Virus record (IMG/VR): IMGVR_UViG_3300014326_000001
Span: 9,088-73,087 of that record
Direction: 5' to 3' (one strand)
From: a virus
Taxonomy: Duplodnaviria; Caudoviricetes
Length of the DNA: 64,000 nt
Of this stretch, positions 25,923 to 35,962 are shown one piece after another (the first letter of the stretch is position 1; each line of letters starts with the position of its first letter). The notes under the pieces were generated by a model. The model was not told the origin of the DNA. It worked only from the letters and a program-made list of their open reading frames with translations, and ran no database searches. Made by a program: the position numbers and the translations under genes.

Positions 25923-26258
25923 TTATCCGACGAACCGTAAGTAAATGGTCGCGGTTGCGGTAGTGCCCGCATATAGGTATATCTGGCCGATCGGGATCGT
26001 GTTACCACCTGCACCCGTGGCTGAGTCCGTAAAATACGTTCCCGCTGTTAGAGTCGCTCCGTGGGTCGCGTCTACCTGTGAAGCAAACCCTACCTTCAAG
26101 TCTTGAGTAGCCACGAAGTTTAATGAGACACATTGGCCGGGAAGATTTTTAGATAAGGGAAAATCAAGTGCCGTATCCGTTACAAGATCGTAAATTGAAC
26201 GCGCAGTTGCTGCTCCGGTAATGGATACTGTCCCAAAGAATATCTGTTGTTCAGCCAT
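25923..26258 (-). CDS. virion protein
   Basis: AGGAG RBS; beta-rich. Confidence 0.75.
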   Translation of the reverse strand: MAEQQIFFGTVSITGAATARSIYDLVTDTALDFPLSKNLPGQCVSLNFVATQDLKVGFASQVDATHGATLTAGTYFTDSATGAGGNTIPIGQIYLYAGTTATATIYLRFVG

Positions 26259-26268
26259 AAGTGCTCCT

Positions 26269-29200
26269 CTACGCTAAATCGGTAGTTCGGAATTGCTCAA
26301 CCCAGATGGAGCCTGTCGATCTGAACGCAATGGAACTAGATCGACCCGCCTGAGTGGTTTGGGTTCCTGACGAATGAAACGTCGAAGCGAACGTTACCAC
26401 GACTGAGCCGCCCGCGCCGTTCAAGGTGTTAATAAAAATCCAGTCTCCCGCGCTTCCTGCCCCCGTAGGGGTAATTGTTGCCGTTGCGGAAGTAGCAAAT
26501 ACCGCCGTGATGTCGTGACTAGAGATTGAGACATCAAGGCTAACGCCAGCCGCCCACGCATCTGCCGTGGTTGGCGTTGTTCGTAGTTTCCCTGTGTTTC
26601 CAATGGTTAACGCAGTGGCAGAAGCGGCGCCAAGTGCGGGCGTAACCAATACCGGAGAAGTGGCAAATACTAGCGGCCCGCTACCTGTTTCCCCTGTTAC
26701 CGCTGCGGCGAGATTTGCGCTGGAAGGTGTCCCAAGAAAAGTGGCTACTCCGGTTCCAAGTCCTGAGACTCCCGTGCCGATAGCGATTTGACCACCACCC
26801 GCAGCGTTTGAATGATCATGCGTGGCGTTTGTAAAACTAGCAATCGTTGGTGTAACTATCGTGGGACTGCTTGCAAGAACGAGGTTCCCTGTTCCAGTTC
26901 GATTTGTAGTGGTTAATGCAGTCCCACCATTGATAACTAAAGAAGTGTTTGCGGTAAGCGTGGTGAACGTTCCAGCGGCAGGGGTTCCTGCGCCAATAGC
27001 TCCGGGGTCAGCAAAGTCTTGTCCGTCAAGTTTATCTGAATTGAGATTCGTAACCTTAGTTGTAGATGCGATAATTAACGGCGCGGTTCCCGTTGCAATC
27101 GTAGACTGAAACTGACTCGCGGAAAGGACTCCACTATCGGGCGTGAGAACGATGTCCCCTGCCGCGTTGGTAGTTATGACGTTTAAATCGCCAGCAGCAT
27201 TCCTAAACCCCAACGCACCCGTGCAAATTACTATCTGAGGATTTGCATAAGCCGTAGAAGTTCGGCTTCCCCAATTTGGTAGCGTATTAAACTCTCCCGG
27301 TGAGATACCAAATACCATCGACGCGGCTTCACTGTTAGAGAAATTGTAAGCGTCAGGGCCGATCTTGTTGATCATTTCAACGGAGCCCCGCGCTTGATTG
27401 TCCAGCAAGAACCCGTAAACCTGTCCTCCGGTTTGATTGTTCACGTATACAACCCCAAACTTAGGGCCGCTTCCGTTCACATCCAGTGGAGACGTATAGC
27501 AAAACACCTTACGGGCAGCAGACTCATCGTAAGAATCTTCTATTCGCGCCGTTGCAAAGTTCGTTGAAAAATCGTCGAGATATTCGTTGGTGAAATAGTA
27601 TTTATAGTGGCTGCTTCCCGCCTGCTCAACTCCGTCCCAACTGTTATTTTGGGTTGCGATTCTCACGCTGCCGCTGTTGGCTACGCTACCTGAATTGGCA
27701 ATCGTACATTGGACGTGCTCAAATTGCTGCCACACGTTTTGATTGCCGGAGAAGTCAACCCCCCAAGTGTCGGCAAAGATGGTCACGCGACTATAATTGC
27801 CGTCAGAAGAATTATGTGACCCTGAACTACATCCGTTGGTCTTCGCGAGCAGTCCTATTGAGCCAACCTCGTTAGCTCGAATCGTTACATTATCAAGCGC
27901 ATTGTTGTAACCTAAACTTGAATCAAAACCAGAGAGAGCCATTCCATACTTCACGCGACTGTTCGGATCGCCAAACTCGATGTTACTGATCACTAACCCC
28001 GACGCGGTATTTACAACTCCCGTAGCTCCGGTCTTAGAACCCGTGTAGTTAACTTTTGTCAGCCCAAACGGTGTCCCGCTTTGATCGTTTGACCCGTAGC
28101 CAAGAATCTGTATTCCCGACTTGAACGTACCGCTCGACCTTCCCCCAAATATCAACGGAACATTCGTGGTTTCAACTGCCGCAGGAAGAACGACTAGCCC
28201 GCCCCCCGCAGCTAGTGCCGCTGTATACGCTTGCTGTAAAGCTGAAATGGTAGATGTCGGTGTCGAGGTGGTGTGCGCTGTGCCGTTCGCATCGAAGGTG
28301 TGAATCGGATGACGTACCCACCAAATCGGGTTCTCTGCCTGAAACTTCATTGCTCCCGTAGTCGCGGCGGTGCCAGCGTAGATTCTAATTGCGCAAGCTC
28401 CCGGTGGAGGAGTCTCTGTCACGTACAACGGCATCCACGAGCCTACGGTTGCGCTGGGAGGCGTTACACCCGTCGAGATAGGGGAAAGGTCAGTCTCGCC
28501 GTTCTCCGTGACGTAGGAGTACGAAAAGAACAATGTGCCCATAGTCGAGAGTAGGCTTGTTATCTTCGTCAGCGTAGGCGCGACGTTGGGAGTCTCACCT
28601 AACGGAGTTGACCCATCCGGCATAGTCGCGGTTGATCCGCCCGGAGGTGCTGCTCCCGCTGCGTTGTAAGCCACAGCGAATCCGCCAAAGGAATTATCTT
28701 CACCGAATCCTGTGTTGTTATTCTCAACCGCCCCAGAAACATCCGTAGCCCGCTTGAACGTATTTGCTCCGTCCAAGTCTTTGATGTAGACGTTGGCTGA
28801 AGCCGCCAGAGTTGAATTCGGCGCGTTGGCTTTTACTGCTAAACCTTGACCTTCAACAGCGGTAAAGCTGGGGGACGCCGTGCCGATAGTTGATTCACCT
28901 GTTCGTCCATTGTAGGTAATTGCTACTTGATACCTGTGGGCGTCGGTAAATGATCCATTCCCCGGCTGTACCCCAAACGTTCCAAGAGTCACAGTCGGAG
29001 TCGAAACGGTCGGCGCAGACGCAGGAGCAGGAACAGTCTGAACAGCAGCGGTATATAATCCGGCGTTGAACTGAGCAACACGCGGATCGTTATTCCCTAC
29101 GGCAATGGGATTCGTAGCACTAAGAGGCACTACGCTTAACTTGGAAATTCCTTTGATTAAGGCCGAAGCATTTGATGCGGGACTAAGAGTATTAAAATAT

Positions 29201-29619
29201 GAAATCGTTGCCGAGCGAGTTAGGTAGTCAGTTGGCGGATTCGCCAGAGTATTTGCGCCCTCGTTGTAGATCGTTAACTGCGGAAAGGTAATAACACCGC
29301 CCGGATACTCTGCTTCGGAAGGAACGACCCACTGATTAAAAAGAAAAGTCTTACCTGAATTACCAACAAAGAATTGCGCGGTACACCAAATTGATTGCGG
29401 ATAAGGAACGTTCGCGTCAATGGTCGTGAAAACATCTTCAGCGTCGATGGTTACAATGTCCCCTGAGATGGAACACTGAAACTCGATGTAGTTGCTTTGG
29501 CCGCCTAAAACATTTTCATCGTTGACATCGAGATACGATTGGTTATACCACCATCGAAGCGTCAATGGCTCTCGGAACCCCGGCGCAAACTGAACCTCAA
29601 ATTGATCAAGGGTTAACAT
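26269..29619 (-). CDS. tailspike / tail fibre (receptor-binding protein)
   Basis: 1116 aa, T/S/G/A-rich; central beta-helix-like region; C-terminal fibre repeats with HDH motif. Confidence 0.85.
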   Translation of the reverse strand: MLTLDQFEVQFAPGFREPLTLRWWYNQSYLDVNDENVLGGQSNYIEFQCSISGDIVTIDAEDVFTTIDANVPYPQSIWCTAQFFVGNSGKTFLFNQWVVPSEAEYPGGVITFPQLTIYNEGANTLANPPTDYLTRSATISYFNTLSPASNASALIKGISKLSVVPLSATNPIAVGNNDPRVAQFNAGLYTAAVQTVPAPASAPTVSTPTVTLGTFGVQPGNGSFTDAHRYQVAITYNGRTGESTIGTASPSFTAVEGQGLAVKANAPNSTLAASANVYIKDLDGANTFKRATDVSGAVENNNTGFGEDNSFGGFAVAYNAAGAAPPGGSTATMPDGSTPLGETPNVAPTLTKITSLLSTMGTLFFSYSYVTENGETDLSPISTGVTPPSATVGSWMPLYVTETPPPGACAIRIYAGTAATTGAMKFQAENPIWWVRHPIHTFDANGTAHTTSTPTSTISALQQAYTAALAAGGGLVVLPAAVETTNVPLIFGGRSSGTFKSGIQILGYGSNDQSGTPFGLTKVNYTGSKTGATGVVNTASGLVISNIEFGDPNSRVKYGMALSGFDSSLGYNNALDNVTIRANEVGSIGLLAKTNGCSSGSHNSSDGNYSRVTIFADTWGVDFSGNQNVWQQFEHVQCTIANSGSVANSGSVRIATQNNSWDGVEQAGSSHYKYYFTNEYLDDFSTNFATARIEDSYDESAARKVFCYTSPLDVNGSGPKFGVVYVNNQTGGQVYGFLLDNQARGSVEMINKIGPDAYNFSNSEAASMVFGISPGEFNTLPNWGSRTSTAYANPQIVICTGALGFRNAAGDLNVITTNAAGDIVLTPDSGVLSASQFQSTIATGTAPLIIASTTKVTNLNSDKLDGQDFADPGAIGAGTPAAGTFTTLTANTSLVINGGTALTTTNRTGTGNLVLASSPTIVTPTIASFTNATHDHSNAAGGGQIAIGTGVSGLGTGVATFLGTPSSANLAAAVTGETGSGPLVFATSPVLVTPALGAASATALTIGNTGKLRTTPTTADAWAAGVSLDVSISSHDITAVFATSATATITPTGAGSAGDWIFINTLNGAGGSVVVTFASTFHSSGTQTTQAGRSSSIAFRSTGSIWVEQFRTTDLA

Positions 29620-30153
29620 CTATCGTTCTCGTACCGCTTCTCCGTTTTGAACTCGTTCACGTATTGCTGGAGCGTAAATATCAAAACTGGTTCGGTATCG
29701 CTCCCGCGAGGCTTCGCCGTAAACAGTCGCCCACGGTGCTACGTCTTTCGTTATAATCGCTCCTGCGCCAATGAAGGCATGTTCTCCAATTTTTACCCCC
29801 GGCAAGATCGTGGCGTTTGCCCCAATAACCGCGTGGTCGCCTATCACTGGAGGCTGCGCAATGTATTCAGTGTTGCCACAGATCGGCCTCTTGTCGTCGC
29901 AGAACATCGCGTGGGGAGAAATAAAAACATTGCTGCCAACCTTAGAGTTGGGCGGCAAGAAAGCAAAGGCCGAGATGCGTGTGTTATCTCCAACGATCGT
30001 TCCGCGTCCTATCTCACAGTGCGAGCCTAAACTGCAATCCTTGCCTACAACCACATCGGCCAAGACAACGGCGAAGTGCCAGATAGTCGTACCATCACCT
30101 ATCACGGCTGACTTGTCGATGAAGTTGAATGCGCCATTAGAGAATTGATTCAT
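29620..30153 (-). CDS. left-handed beta-helix (hexapeptide) acyltransferase
   Basis: IDKSAVIGDGTTIWHFAVV...VFISPHAMFCDD..P...PPVIGDHAVIGANATILPGVKIGEHAFIGAGAIITKDV. Confidence 0.9.
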   Translation of the reverse strand: MNQFSNGAFNFIDKSAVIGDGTTIWHFAVVLADVVVGKDCSLGSHCEIGRGTIVGDNTRISAFAFLPPNSKVGSNVFISPHAMFCDDKRPICGNTEYIAQPPVIGDHAVIGANATILPGVKIGEHAFIGAGAIITKDVAPWATVYGEASRERYRTSFDIYAPAIRERVQNGEAVRER

Positions 30154-31198
30154 AAACCTCCCGCATTGCGAGTGCCATAGATTCGTCGCTTGGAATCGGA
30201 TCGGGAACACGAGGCTCCCGTTGACCCTTCAAAATCTCAATAAGCTCTACCGCCATATCTAATTGCGATCCCTCGCGCACCCAAAAATGGCTGTAAGGGT
30301 TTCCCCAATAGGAAATCACCTTTGCGCCACAAAGATTGGCTTCCATGCCCATGCGGTTCATGTCCCCGTATCTGACACCATTCCAGTAGAAATCCACGCT
30401 GTTGAGAACGTGCCTCAGCTCGTCATGCGCCCACGTTAAAGGTGAAACATGCGCTCCGTAACTTGTGCCGTTCCGATCAATGATCGGGAACCAGATGCGA
30501 TGTTGATCCTGTGGGACATAGTTTGCGTGAAGACATGCATCAGGGATTTCTTTGTATATCCATGGCCAACAGATGAAAATATCGTAAACCCATTTCATGA
30601 AGTGACTGTTCTCACTCGTCATTACACTTGGGTTGCCCGAAAACTTTCCTCTGCTTCTCCCTGCTCTCCAGAAGTCTAACTCTAGCCCTAAAGGAAGAAG
30701 GCGCACCTTAGTGGCCTTGTCACACATGGACTGAAGTATGGCCTGATGGCGCGGCCAGAACGTACAAACCGCGTCAGCGGTTCTCATCCAATGCATCCAA
30801 AGCTGAAGGGAGTCGGAGTGCCCGTATCCCTTCTTGCTGTCCTCCATGCTCTGATGTACCACGTATTCAGGGGTTCCGTGGCTGATCCAAGCCATCTTGA
30901 GAGGACGCGTAAGCCGTTTCAACATCTCGTTGGGAAAATGCGTGTGGGGCACATGCACGTCCGCATCGGCGTACTGATCCCACTGCTCACTCGGAACCTC
31001 TTGAACGTTTATCAAATAACTATCTAAGCCAAGCTTCTTCTCTGCGTTACAGAGAGTCTTTGCTACTTGGTTCATCCCTGAATTGTTAAACGCTGTCCAG
31101 TGGCAAATCTTAAGTCCCGCATGCGAAGCCGACGCCGCGACGATACGAGGCTGAGACTTGGTGCCAACGTTTTTCTTCGCGGTCTTCTTAGCCGCCAT
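30137..31198 (-). CDS. GT-B fold glycosyltransferase (GT4-like)
   Basis: SGM..VA..L...E..LG; HGTPE; LPLG.EL; D.Y......G...MEA..CG..V. Confidence 0.7.
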   Translation of the reverse strand: MAAKKTAKKNVGTKSQPRIVAASASHAGLKICHWTAFNNSGMNQVAKTLCNAEKKLGLDSYLINVQEVPSEQWDQYADADVHVPHTHFPNEMLKRLTRPLKMAWISHGTPEYVVHQSMEDSKKGYGHSDSLQLWMHWMRTADAVCTFWPRHQAILQSMCDKATKVRLLPLGLELDFWRAGRSRGKFSGNPSVMTSENSHFMKWVYDIFICWPWIYKEIPDACLHANYVPQDQHRIWFPIIDRNGTSYGAHVSPLTWAHDELRHVLNSVDFYWNGVRYGDMNRMGMEANLCGAKVISYWGNPYSHFWVREGSQLDMAVELIEILKGQREPRVPDPIPSDESMALAMREVYESIL

Positions 31199-31834
31199 TT
31201 AAGACGCTGCCGTAGACTGAGCGGTTGAAACGTTCGCGCTCTGTGAAAGGTTCTGTGAACCAGCTACCGATGCAGTCGCGCTGACACCGCTTAACGTCGC
31301 GCTACCCGCCACCGAGCCAACAGTTGAGATCGTCGTACTTTGCGAAACGTTCTGACTGGTCGCGTTGGATGCCGTCTGTGAAATGATTAGTGAGTTGCTT
31401 GTAGCCGCGCTGGTCGCACTCGATGCGTTCAACCCTGCCGAGACGCTTGCAGATGAGGCCGTAGAAGCCCTCAGGCCTGCTGAATCAGCTTTAGACGACG
31501 CGGTAGCTGCTTGAGTGGTTGAAAACTGCGCAGCGATGATCCACAGGCCAGTGGAAGTGGTCTCAAGTTCTACCGCTTCACTGGTGGCGTCGAGGGAAGT
31601 CGAGAATGTGGCACCTGCGTTGACTATCGTGACCGTGTTCCCTGACGAATCAGCGGAACTGATACTGACTACTACGCGGTGATATGCTCCACTTTGAAGA
31701 TCGTCGTAGAGTGTAATCGTGAATCCGCCGCCCGTGGCATCCGCGACAATTTGCTCGATCTCAGGATTCGTCAAACTGTAAGTTGTGCTTACGTTGACGG
31801 TCTGAATCTGCCTTCCGATCTGAGTGATTGGCAT
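31199..31834 (-). CDS. Ser/Thr/Ala-rich virion protein
   Basis: Beta-rich N-terminus; C-terminal half is low-complexity S/T/A. Confidence 0.8.
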   Translation of the reverse strand: MPITQIGRQIQTVNVSTTYSLTNPEIEQIVADATGGGFTITLYDDLQSGAYHRVVVSISSADSSGNTVTIVNAGATFSTSLDATSEAVELETTSTGLWIIAAQFSTTQAATASSKADSAGLRASTASSASVSAGLNASSATSAATSNSLIISQTASNATSQNVSQSTTISTVGSVAGSATLSGVSATASVAGSQNLSQSANVSTAQSTAAS

Positions 31835-31846
31835 CTTTATTTCTCC

Positions 31847-32506
31847 TTAATGGCTGAACTGGTATTTCGCTTGAAAGGCAGCTAAAGACGCCTCTCTGTC
31901 GATTGAGTCGTTAATCTCCTCAAGGCACTGACTACATACCTCGACTTCGTTTACTTCTGGTTCGTAAGGAATTCTTAGTTCCTCAATAGCGTTGAAAATA
32001 TCTTGCTCGCTCCAGTTGTAGAGCGGCGCATCCATCATCGTTGCGCCAACTTCTACTCTCTGCGGGAATGTTGCTTTCATTAGCGGGTGCGAGTCCTCTG
32101 CGCGGTATCCCCACAGAGTCAGATCGCTATTCCAGTTAAACAGTGGCGTCCTCACTGTTGAGAGCTTTTCGAGTTCACACTTCTCACTTGGCTTCAAGTC
32201 TGAAATCAACGGCACTCTCGTTTGCCCGAATGAGTATTCATCAATCAGTGAGTACCCGTCTCCATTCGGAACTAGATACCTGTCTGCTGGGGCGTAAGAG
32301 TAAACTTGTAGATCGTTCTCGATGATGATTGACTCCGCGAACTTTGATAACTTGTCGCCAAAGTAAAAGATCGGGATATTCGGTAAAACTTGTCGAGCAA
32401 GCGTTAAGAGAACTAAACTATCTTTGCCAAAGCTAACAAGTATCGACGGGTTCTTAGCTTGCGCTAGAGACTTGCGAATATACTCAACGGCTTCGTGGAT
32501 CATCAC
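31847..32506 (-). CDS. PAPS-reductase-family (adenine nucleotide alpha hydrolase) protein
   Basis: VSFGKDSLVLL PP-loop; G.RAED; PLYNWSEQDI; no C-terminal ECGLH. Confidence 0.8.
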   Translation of the reverse strand: MMIHEAVEYIRKSLAQAKNPSILVSFGKDSLVLLTLARQVLPNIPIFYFGDKLSKFAESIIIENDLQVYSYAPADRYLVPNGDGYSLIDEYSFGQTRVPLISDLKPSEKCELEKLSTVRTPLFNWNSDLTLWGYRAEDSHPLMKATFPQRVEVGATMMDAPLYNWSEQDIFNAIEELRIPYEPEVNEVEVCSQCLEEINDSIDREASLAAFQAKYQFSH

Positions 32507-32973
32507 ATCATCGCCATTCCAGCCGCACCTTGCCCGACTTCCATAATATCGCCGAACAGATTGTTCCCCTGTACTGTTTTACTTGTGCCGCTACTAGTTC
32601 CAGACGAGCCTTGTTGAACGATTCTGGGAGCCATTAGCGCAGCCAACGCGCCCTTTTGGCCGCCAATCTGCTGATTCTGATCGTACTGCCCAAGACGAAA
32701 CGCCTGAGAGGCATTCTGATCTATCTCTCGGTTCCCTGCGCGTTTCAGGGCGTCTTGCATAGTTGCCGAGTACTTACCTGAAAGCGGATTTATAAAAGAC
32801 GAATTAAAACGATTTTTGGAATCTGCCGCCCCGTAAGCAATCGATGGATCAATCTGCGGCTTGTAGTTTGCGTAGTCGTCAATATACTTGTTGGACTCCG
32901 GCTGAATCTGCCCATATGTCGCGGTGTTGGCGTAGTTCTGGGTGGTTGCTACGTCGGTCTTTTTCTTTGCCAT
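32503..32973 (-). CDS. small DNA ejection (pilot-like) protein
   Basis: Q/N/S/G-rich, ends with a GAAGMAMM hydrophobic tail. Confidence 0.65.
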   Translation of the reverse strand: MAKKKTDVATTQNYANTATYGQIQPESNKYIDDYANYKPQIDPSIAYGAADSKNRFNSSFINPLSGKYSATMQDALKRAGNREIDQNASQAFRLGQYDQNQQIGGQKGALAALMAPRIVQQGSSGTSSGTSKTVQGNNLFGDIMEVGQGAAGMAMM

Positions 32974-32985
32974 GATACTAATCTG

Positions 32986-32994
32986 TGCTATACT
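32986..32994 (+). promoter_or_regulatory. extended -10, leaderless promoter of the HNH gene
   Basis: TGcTATACT 6 nt before ATG 33001. Confidence 0.65.
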
Positions 32995-33000
32995 GCGCTT

Positions 33001-33531
33001 ATGCCTTTAGCTAACCCGTCGCCGCTAGTCTTATCTGAACAAGATATTAAACGTTTTTGGGGTCGCGTTAATGTCGGCGATCCCGATGAATGCTGGGAAT
33101 GGAAGAATCTGAATACGTTCAGATATGGCCTGTTTTACTTTCATCAAAACGGTGTTAGGCGAGATGTAGTGGCGCATCGAGTGGCCTACTTTCTGCGTCA
33201 TGGTGTCAATCCCGCCGAATTGTGCGTACTTCATAAGTGCGATAACAAACGATGCTGCAACCCGAATCATCTTGAAATAGGCGATTTTCAGAAAAACATG
33301 AAAGACGCCGTACGAAGGGGGCTTATTGAAACAGGGCCACGCAAGGTTTATCGACTTGTCGGACGCGGCGAGCGCCAGCACCTTGCGAAACTGACCAAAG
33401 AGAAAGTTCTTGAAATTCGCAGACTCCACGCAGAAGAAGGAATTGGGTGTCGAAGGTTGGCGCGAATGTTCTCCGTTACAAGCAACAATATTCTTTACGT
33501 ATTGCGGCGAGCAACTTGGAAGCATGTCTAG
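33001..33531 (+). CDS. HNH endonuclease with C-terminal HTH (antisense insertion)
   Basis: RFWGRV...ECWEW...YG...AHRVAY...VLHKCDNKRCCNPNHL; AKLT.E.V.EIR. Confidence 0.9.
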   Translation: MPLANPSPLVLSEQDIKRFWGRVNVGDPDECWEWKNLNTFRYGLFYFHQNGVRRDVVAHRVAYFLRHGVNPAELCVLHKCDNKRCCNPNHLEIGDFQKNMKDAVRRGLIETGPRKVYRLVGRGERQHLAKLTKEKVLEIRRLHAEEGIGCRRLARMFSVTSNNILYVLRRATWKHV

Positions 33532-33548
33532 AGTTTTCTTCTTCGCCA

Positions 33549-34064
33549 TTACGCCGCCATCTCCATCTGTTGAGCTTCAGGTCTTATCGAATACTTCATC
33601 CAGCGGATTACTTTCCCCTTGTAAGTCCCTCGATACATACATACGCCTTCAAACCGAAACCCAATATTATCACAAAGTTGTCGCACTGCTAGATTCTTTT
33701 CCGCGATGAACGCAAACCCTTCTTTCATACCCATTCCCAAGAAGTCGCGAACCACCTGATTGATGCCTTGAGTCAACGCTTTCACATCTGAACCACGCTT
33801 AGCCCAAAGGTGAGAGTTGAAAGTATCTTTCCCCGCCGCTGCGACCACTAGCAAGCCGATTAATTCTGCATCGAATATGCCAACTATGATGTCATTCGCT
33901 TCGGCCAGCATCGCTAAAAACCCATCTACGTCATCAGGGCCGAACACTTGATCCATCTGCAAATACCACGATGGCTTACCTTGATCCCAATAGAACGCCT
34001 CCCGCAGAAGCAATTCATCGGTTTCAGGGTAGAGTCTTCGGAGGTTCATCCTAGTGCCGTACAA
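33549..34064 (-). CDS. GNAT-fold acetyltransferase-like virion-module protein
   Basis: FIAEKNLAVRQLCDNIGFRFEG motif. Confidence 0.7.
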   Translation of the reverse strand: MYGTRMNLRRLYPETDELLLREAFYWDQGKPSWYLQMDQVFGPDDVDGFLAMLAEANDIIVGIFDAELIGLLVVAAAGKDTFNSHLWAKRGSDVKALTQGINQVVRDFLGMGMKEGFAFIAEKNLAVRQLCDNIGFRFEGVCMYRGTYKGKVIRWMKYSIRPEAQQMEMAA

Positions 34065-34402
34065 ATTGCCGCGTGCAATGCTAGGTTATCCGAGTCCATC
34101 GGCGTGCCGTTAATGGACTCGATGATGATTACCCCTGCGGCCAAACTGGACACCAAGTCGTAGTCGCCATTGTTGCAAACCTGATAGTTTCCGCCTCGGT
34201 CTTTATGCTCCGCTCGCACTAACGTATAACCATCAGCATTTGTGAACAATTCGATATTTCCAAAATCCGACTTGGGGTAACATGCCCGTAAAATGGCTTG
34301 AGGTTTGGGATCGGGTTCATTCAGTGCAAAGTATGGCGCATAATCGTTGTACTCAAATAATAGTCTATCGCTCTCTGATGTCACCACCACGAAGTTTGCC
34401 AT
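34046..34402 (-). CDS. hypothetical protein
   Basis: TAATG coupling with the upstream gene. Confidence 0.7.
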   Translation of the reverse strand: MANFVVVTSESDRLLFEYNDYAPYFALNEPDPKPQAILRACYPKSDFGNIELFTNADGYTLVRAEHKDRGGNYQVCNNGDYDLVSSLAAGVIIIESINGTPMDSDNLALHAAICTALG

Positions 34403-35424
34403 TACACCCACTCCACGTTCATGTAAGCTGCAACGTTAATAGCTGAACTTCCCAATGCAGGGGTTCCAACCAAAGCAATCACGTCAGTCGCGCCAAGTTG
34501 GGAAAGTAGGTTCTCCACCGACTTATAGTTCTGCATGTTCAAACTCGCATAGGTACAATCTATTTCTCTTCCACCCGTAACGAGATTCAGCAGCGTCCCC
34601 ACGACGGATTGGAAGGGCGTGCTTGCTACATCTACGAACGTCGCTACACCTGCAATCGTCGGGTTCAACACAAGGCTGAGTTTCAGGAAATCGTTCGTCT
34701 TGATCGTTCCTTCATAGCCTTTGATTCTAACGAAGTTCCCGACTGCTGTTTTCTTCCTTACCGCTGCGAGTAAATATCCGATCCCCGCCGTGGTTAGGCT
34801 GATACCGCCCACCGCCGACTGGACAGGTACGCAGGAATTAGGAGCCATTGTCGGCCAACCTGAAAGTCGATTGATAATCGTTGTGAGACTCGTTAATTCC
34901 GTAACTTGATTGGCGGCTGAAGCTGCCCCTGTAGGCAACGGAAGTGACGCAGCGGATACGGGTTGGGTCGCAGGTAAATTAGAAACCGCAACCGTTCCGG
35001 TGACGGCTTGACTCGCCGGAAGGTTAGAGACGGATACCGAGCCGGAAACGGGCTGCGTTACACCCGATCCGTCCACCTTAAATCTATGGTTAGTCTGGTC
35101 GTAGATGTCGCGCAGCATTTTATTCGTGCCGCGCAGTCGTGACGAAAGAGTTCCTCCGTCTGTATCTGACATTAACGAAGCGTCGTCTATTGTTCCAAGA
35201 ACCGCAGTTAAGGCATCCCCTTGATTTGGCGTAATAGGAGGAGGTGCGGGAGGTGAAACATCAAGAGTTCCGCGTCGCTCAATCTTGTATGAATAGTTCC
35301 CATCAAGAGAAAGCTTGTACGCCGCTAACGCTGTGGTTGCGCTGAACGTGGTATATTCAGCCGTCCAGTCAGACTGGCCGACAACGCTCTCACCGTCCAT
35401 TGCGATAAACCGAAATTCTCTCAT
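34402..35424 (-). CDS. fibre-like virion protein
   Basis: VDGSGVTQPVSG.V.VSNLPA...LPLPTGAA repeats. Confidence 0.8.
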   Translation of the reverse strand: MREFRFIAMDGESVVGQSDWTAEYTTFSATTALAAYKLSLDGNYSYKIERRGTLDVSPPAPPPITPNQGDALTAVLGTIDDASLMSDTDGGTLSSRLRGTNKMLRDIYDQTNHRFKVDGSGVTQPVSGSVSVSNLPASQAVTGTVAVSNLPATQPVSAASLPLPTGAASAANQVTELTSLTTIINRLSGWPTMAPNSCVPVQSAVGGISLTTAGIGYLLAAVRKKTAVGNFVRIKGYEGTIKTNDFLKLSLVLNPTIAGVATFVDVASTPFQSVVGTLLNLVTGGREIDCTYASLNMQNYKSVENLLSQLGATDVIALVGTPALGSSAINVAAYMNVEWV

Positions 35425-35432
35425 TTAGAAAA

Positions 35433-35879
35433 TCAAGGGAAGATTTGCGACCACACTGCCGCTCCCGTCGTCGCGTCTTGGCAGACATAGGTTATTGGCC
35501 CTGTCGTGTCTGTCCATAATGAGTTAATCGAGTAGCCGTTAGCGTCATCATCGTCCACTGTTGGAGCTACGTTTGTGGCAGTCTGCTTGGCGATTCCAAT
35601 GTTTGTTAGAATACCCGCAACTGTAGTTGCTCCCGTACCGCCCGATGCAATCGCCAGCGTTCCGGTAAGAGTGATTGTTGTGCCACCGGGGGTAAAAGCT
35701 AATCCTGTCGTCCCCCCGGAGAACGTAATGGTTGGCCCCGACACCGAATTAATCGTGGTGATAGCAATGGAGCCGGGAATGGCTGGAATATTTATAGTTT
35801 CGGCAGTCCCGCCGCTATAACTGTTATAGGTAACAGTTGGATCGGTTACTGGGTCAAAATCGCCACCTATTCTTGCCAT
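35433..35879 (-). CDS. fibre-like virion protein
   Basis: GTLAIASGGTGATT repeat; APT.DDD...GY.I.S.W motif. Confidence 0.8.
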   Translation of the reverse strand: MARIGGDFDPVTDPTVTYNSYSGGTAETINIPAIPGSIAITTINSVSGPTITFSGGTTGLAFTPGGTTITLTGTLAIASGGTGATTVAGILTNIGIAKQTATNVAPTVDDDDANGYSINSLWTDTTGPITYVCQDATTGAAVWSQIFP

Positions 35880-35882
35880 TTA

Positions 35883-35891
35883 TGCTATACT
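35883..35891 (+). promoter_or_regulatory. extended -10 promoter of the HNH gene
   Basis: TGcTATACT followed by a GAGCCG/CGGCTC leader hairpin. Confidence 0.6.
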
Positions 35892-35962
35892 CCAAACAAG
35901 TTTGAGCCGCCGAGACTGACATCCCGAACGGCTCCGATCAACGCAGAAAGGTAACTTCCGCA

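Noticed and set aside
26269-29619. Diversity-generating retroelement targeting the tailspike
   Set aside because: No reverse transcriptase and no template/variable repeat pair seen.
31847-32506. cysH auxiliary metabolic gene
   Set aside because: Lacks the C-terminal catalytic Cys motif of CysH and sits among virion genes; kept as a family-level call only.
33031-33549. 172-aa - strand ORF
   Set aside because: Antisense shadow of the HNH gene; same for 35885-36685 and 24669-25343.
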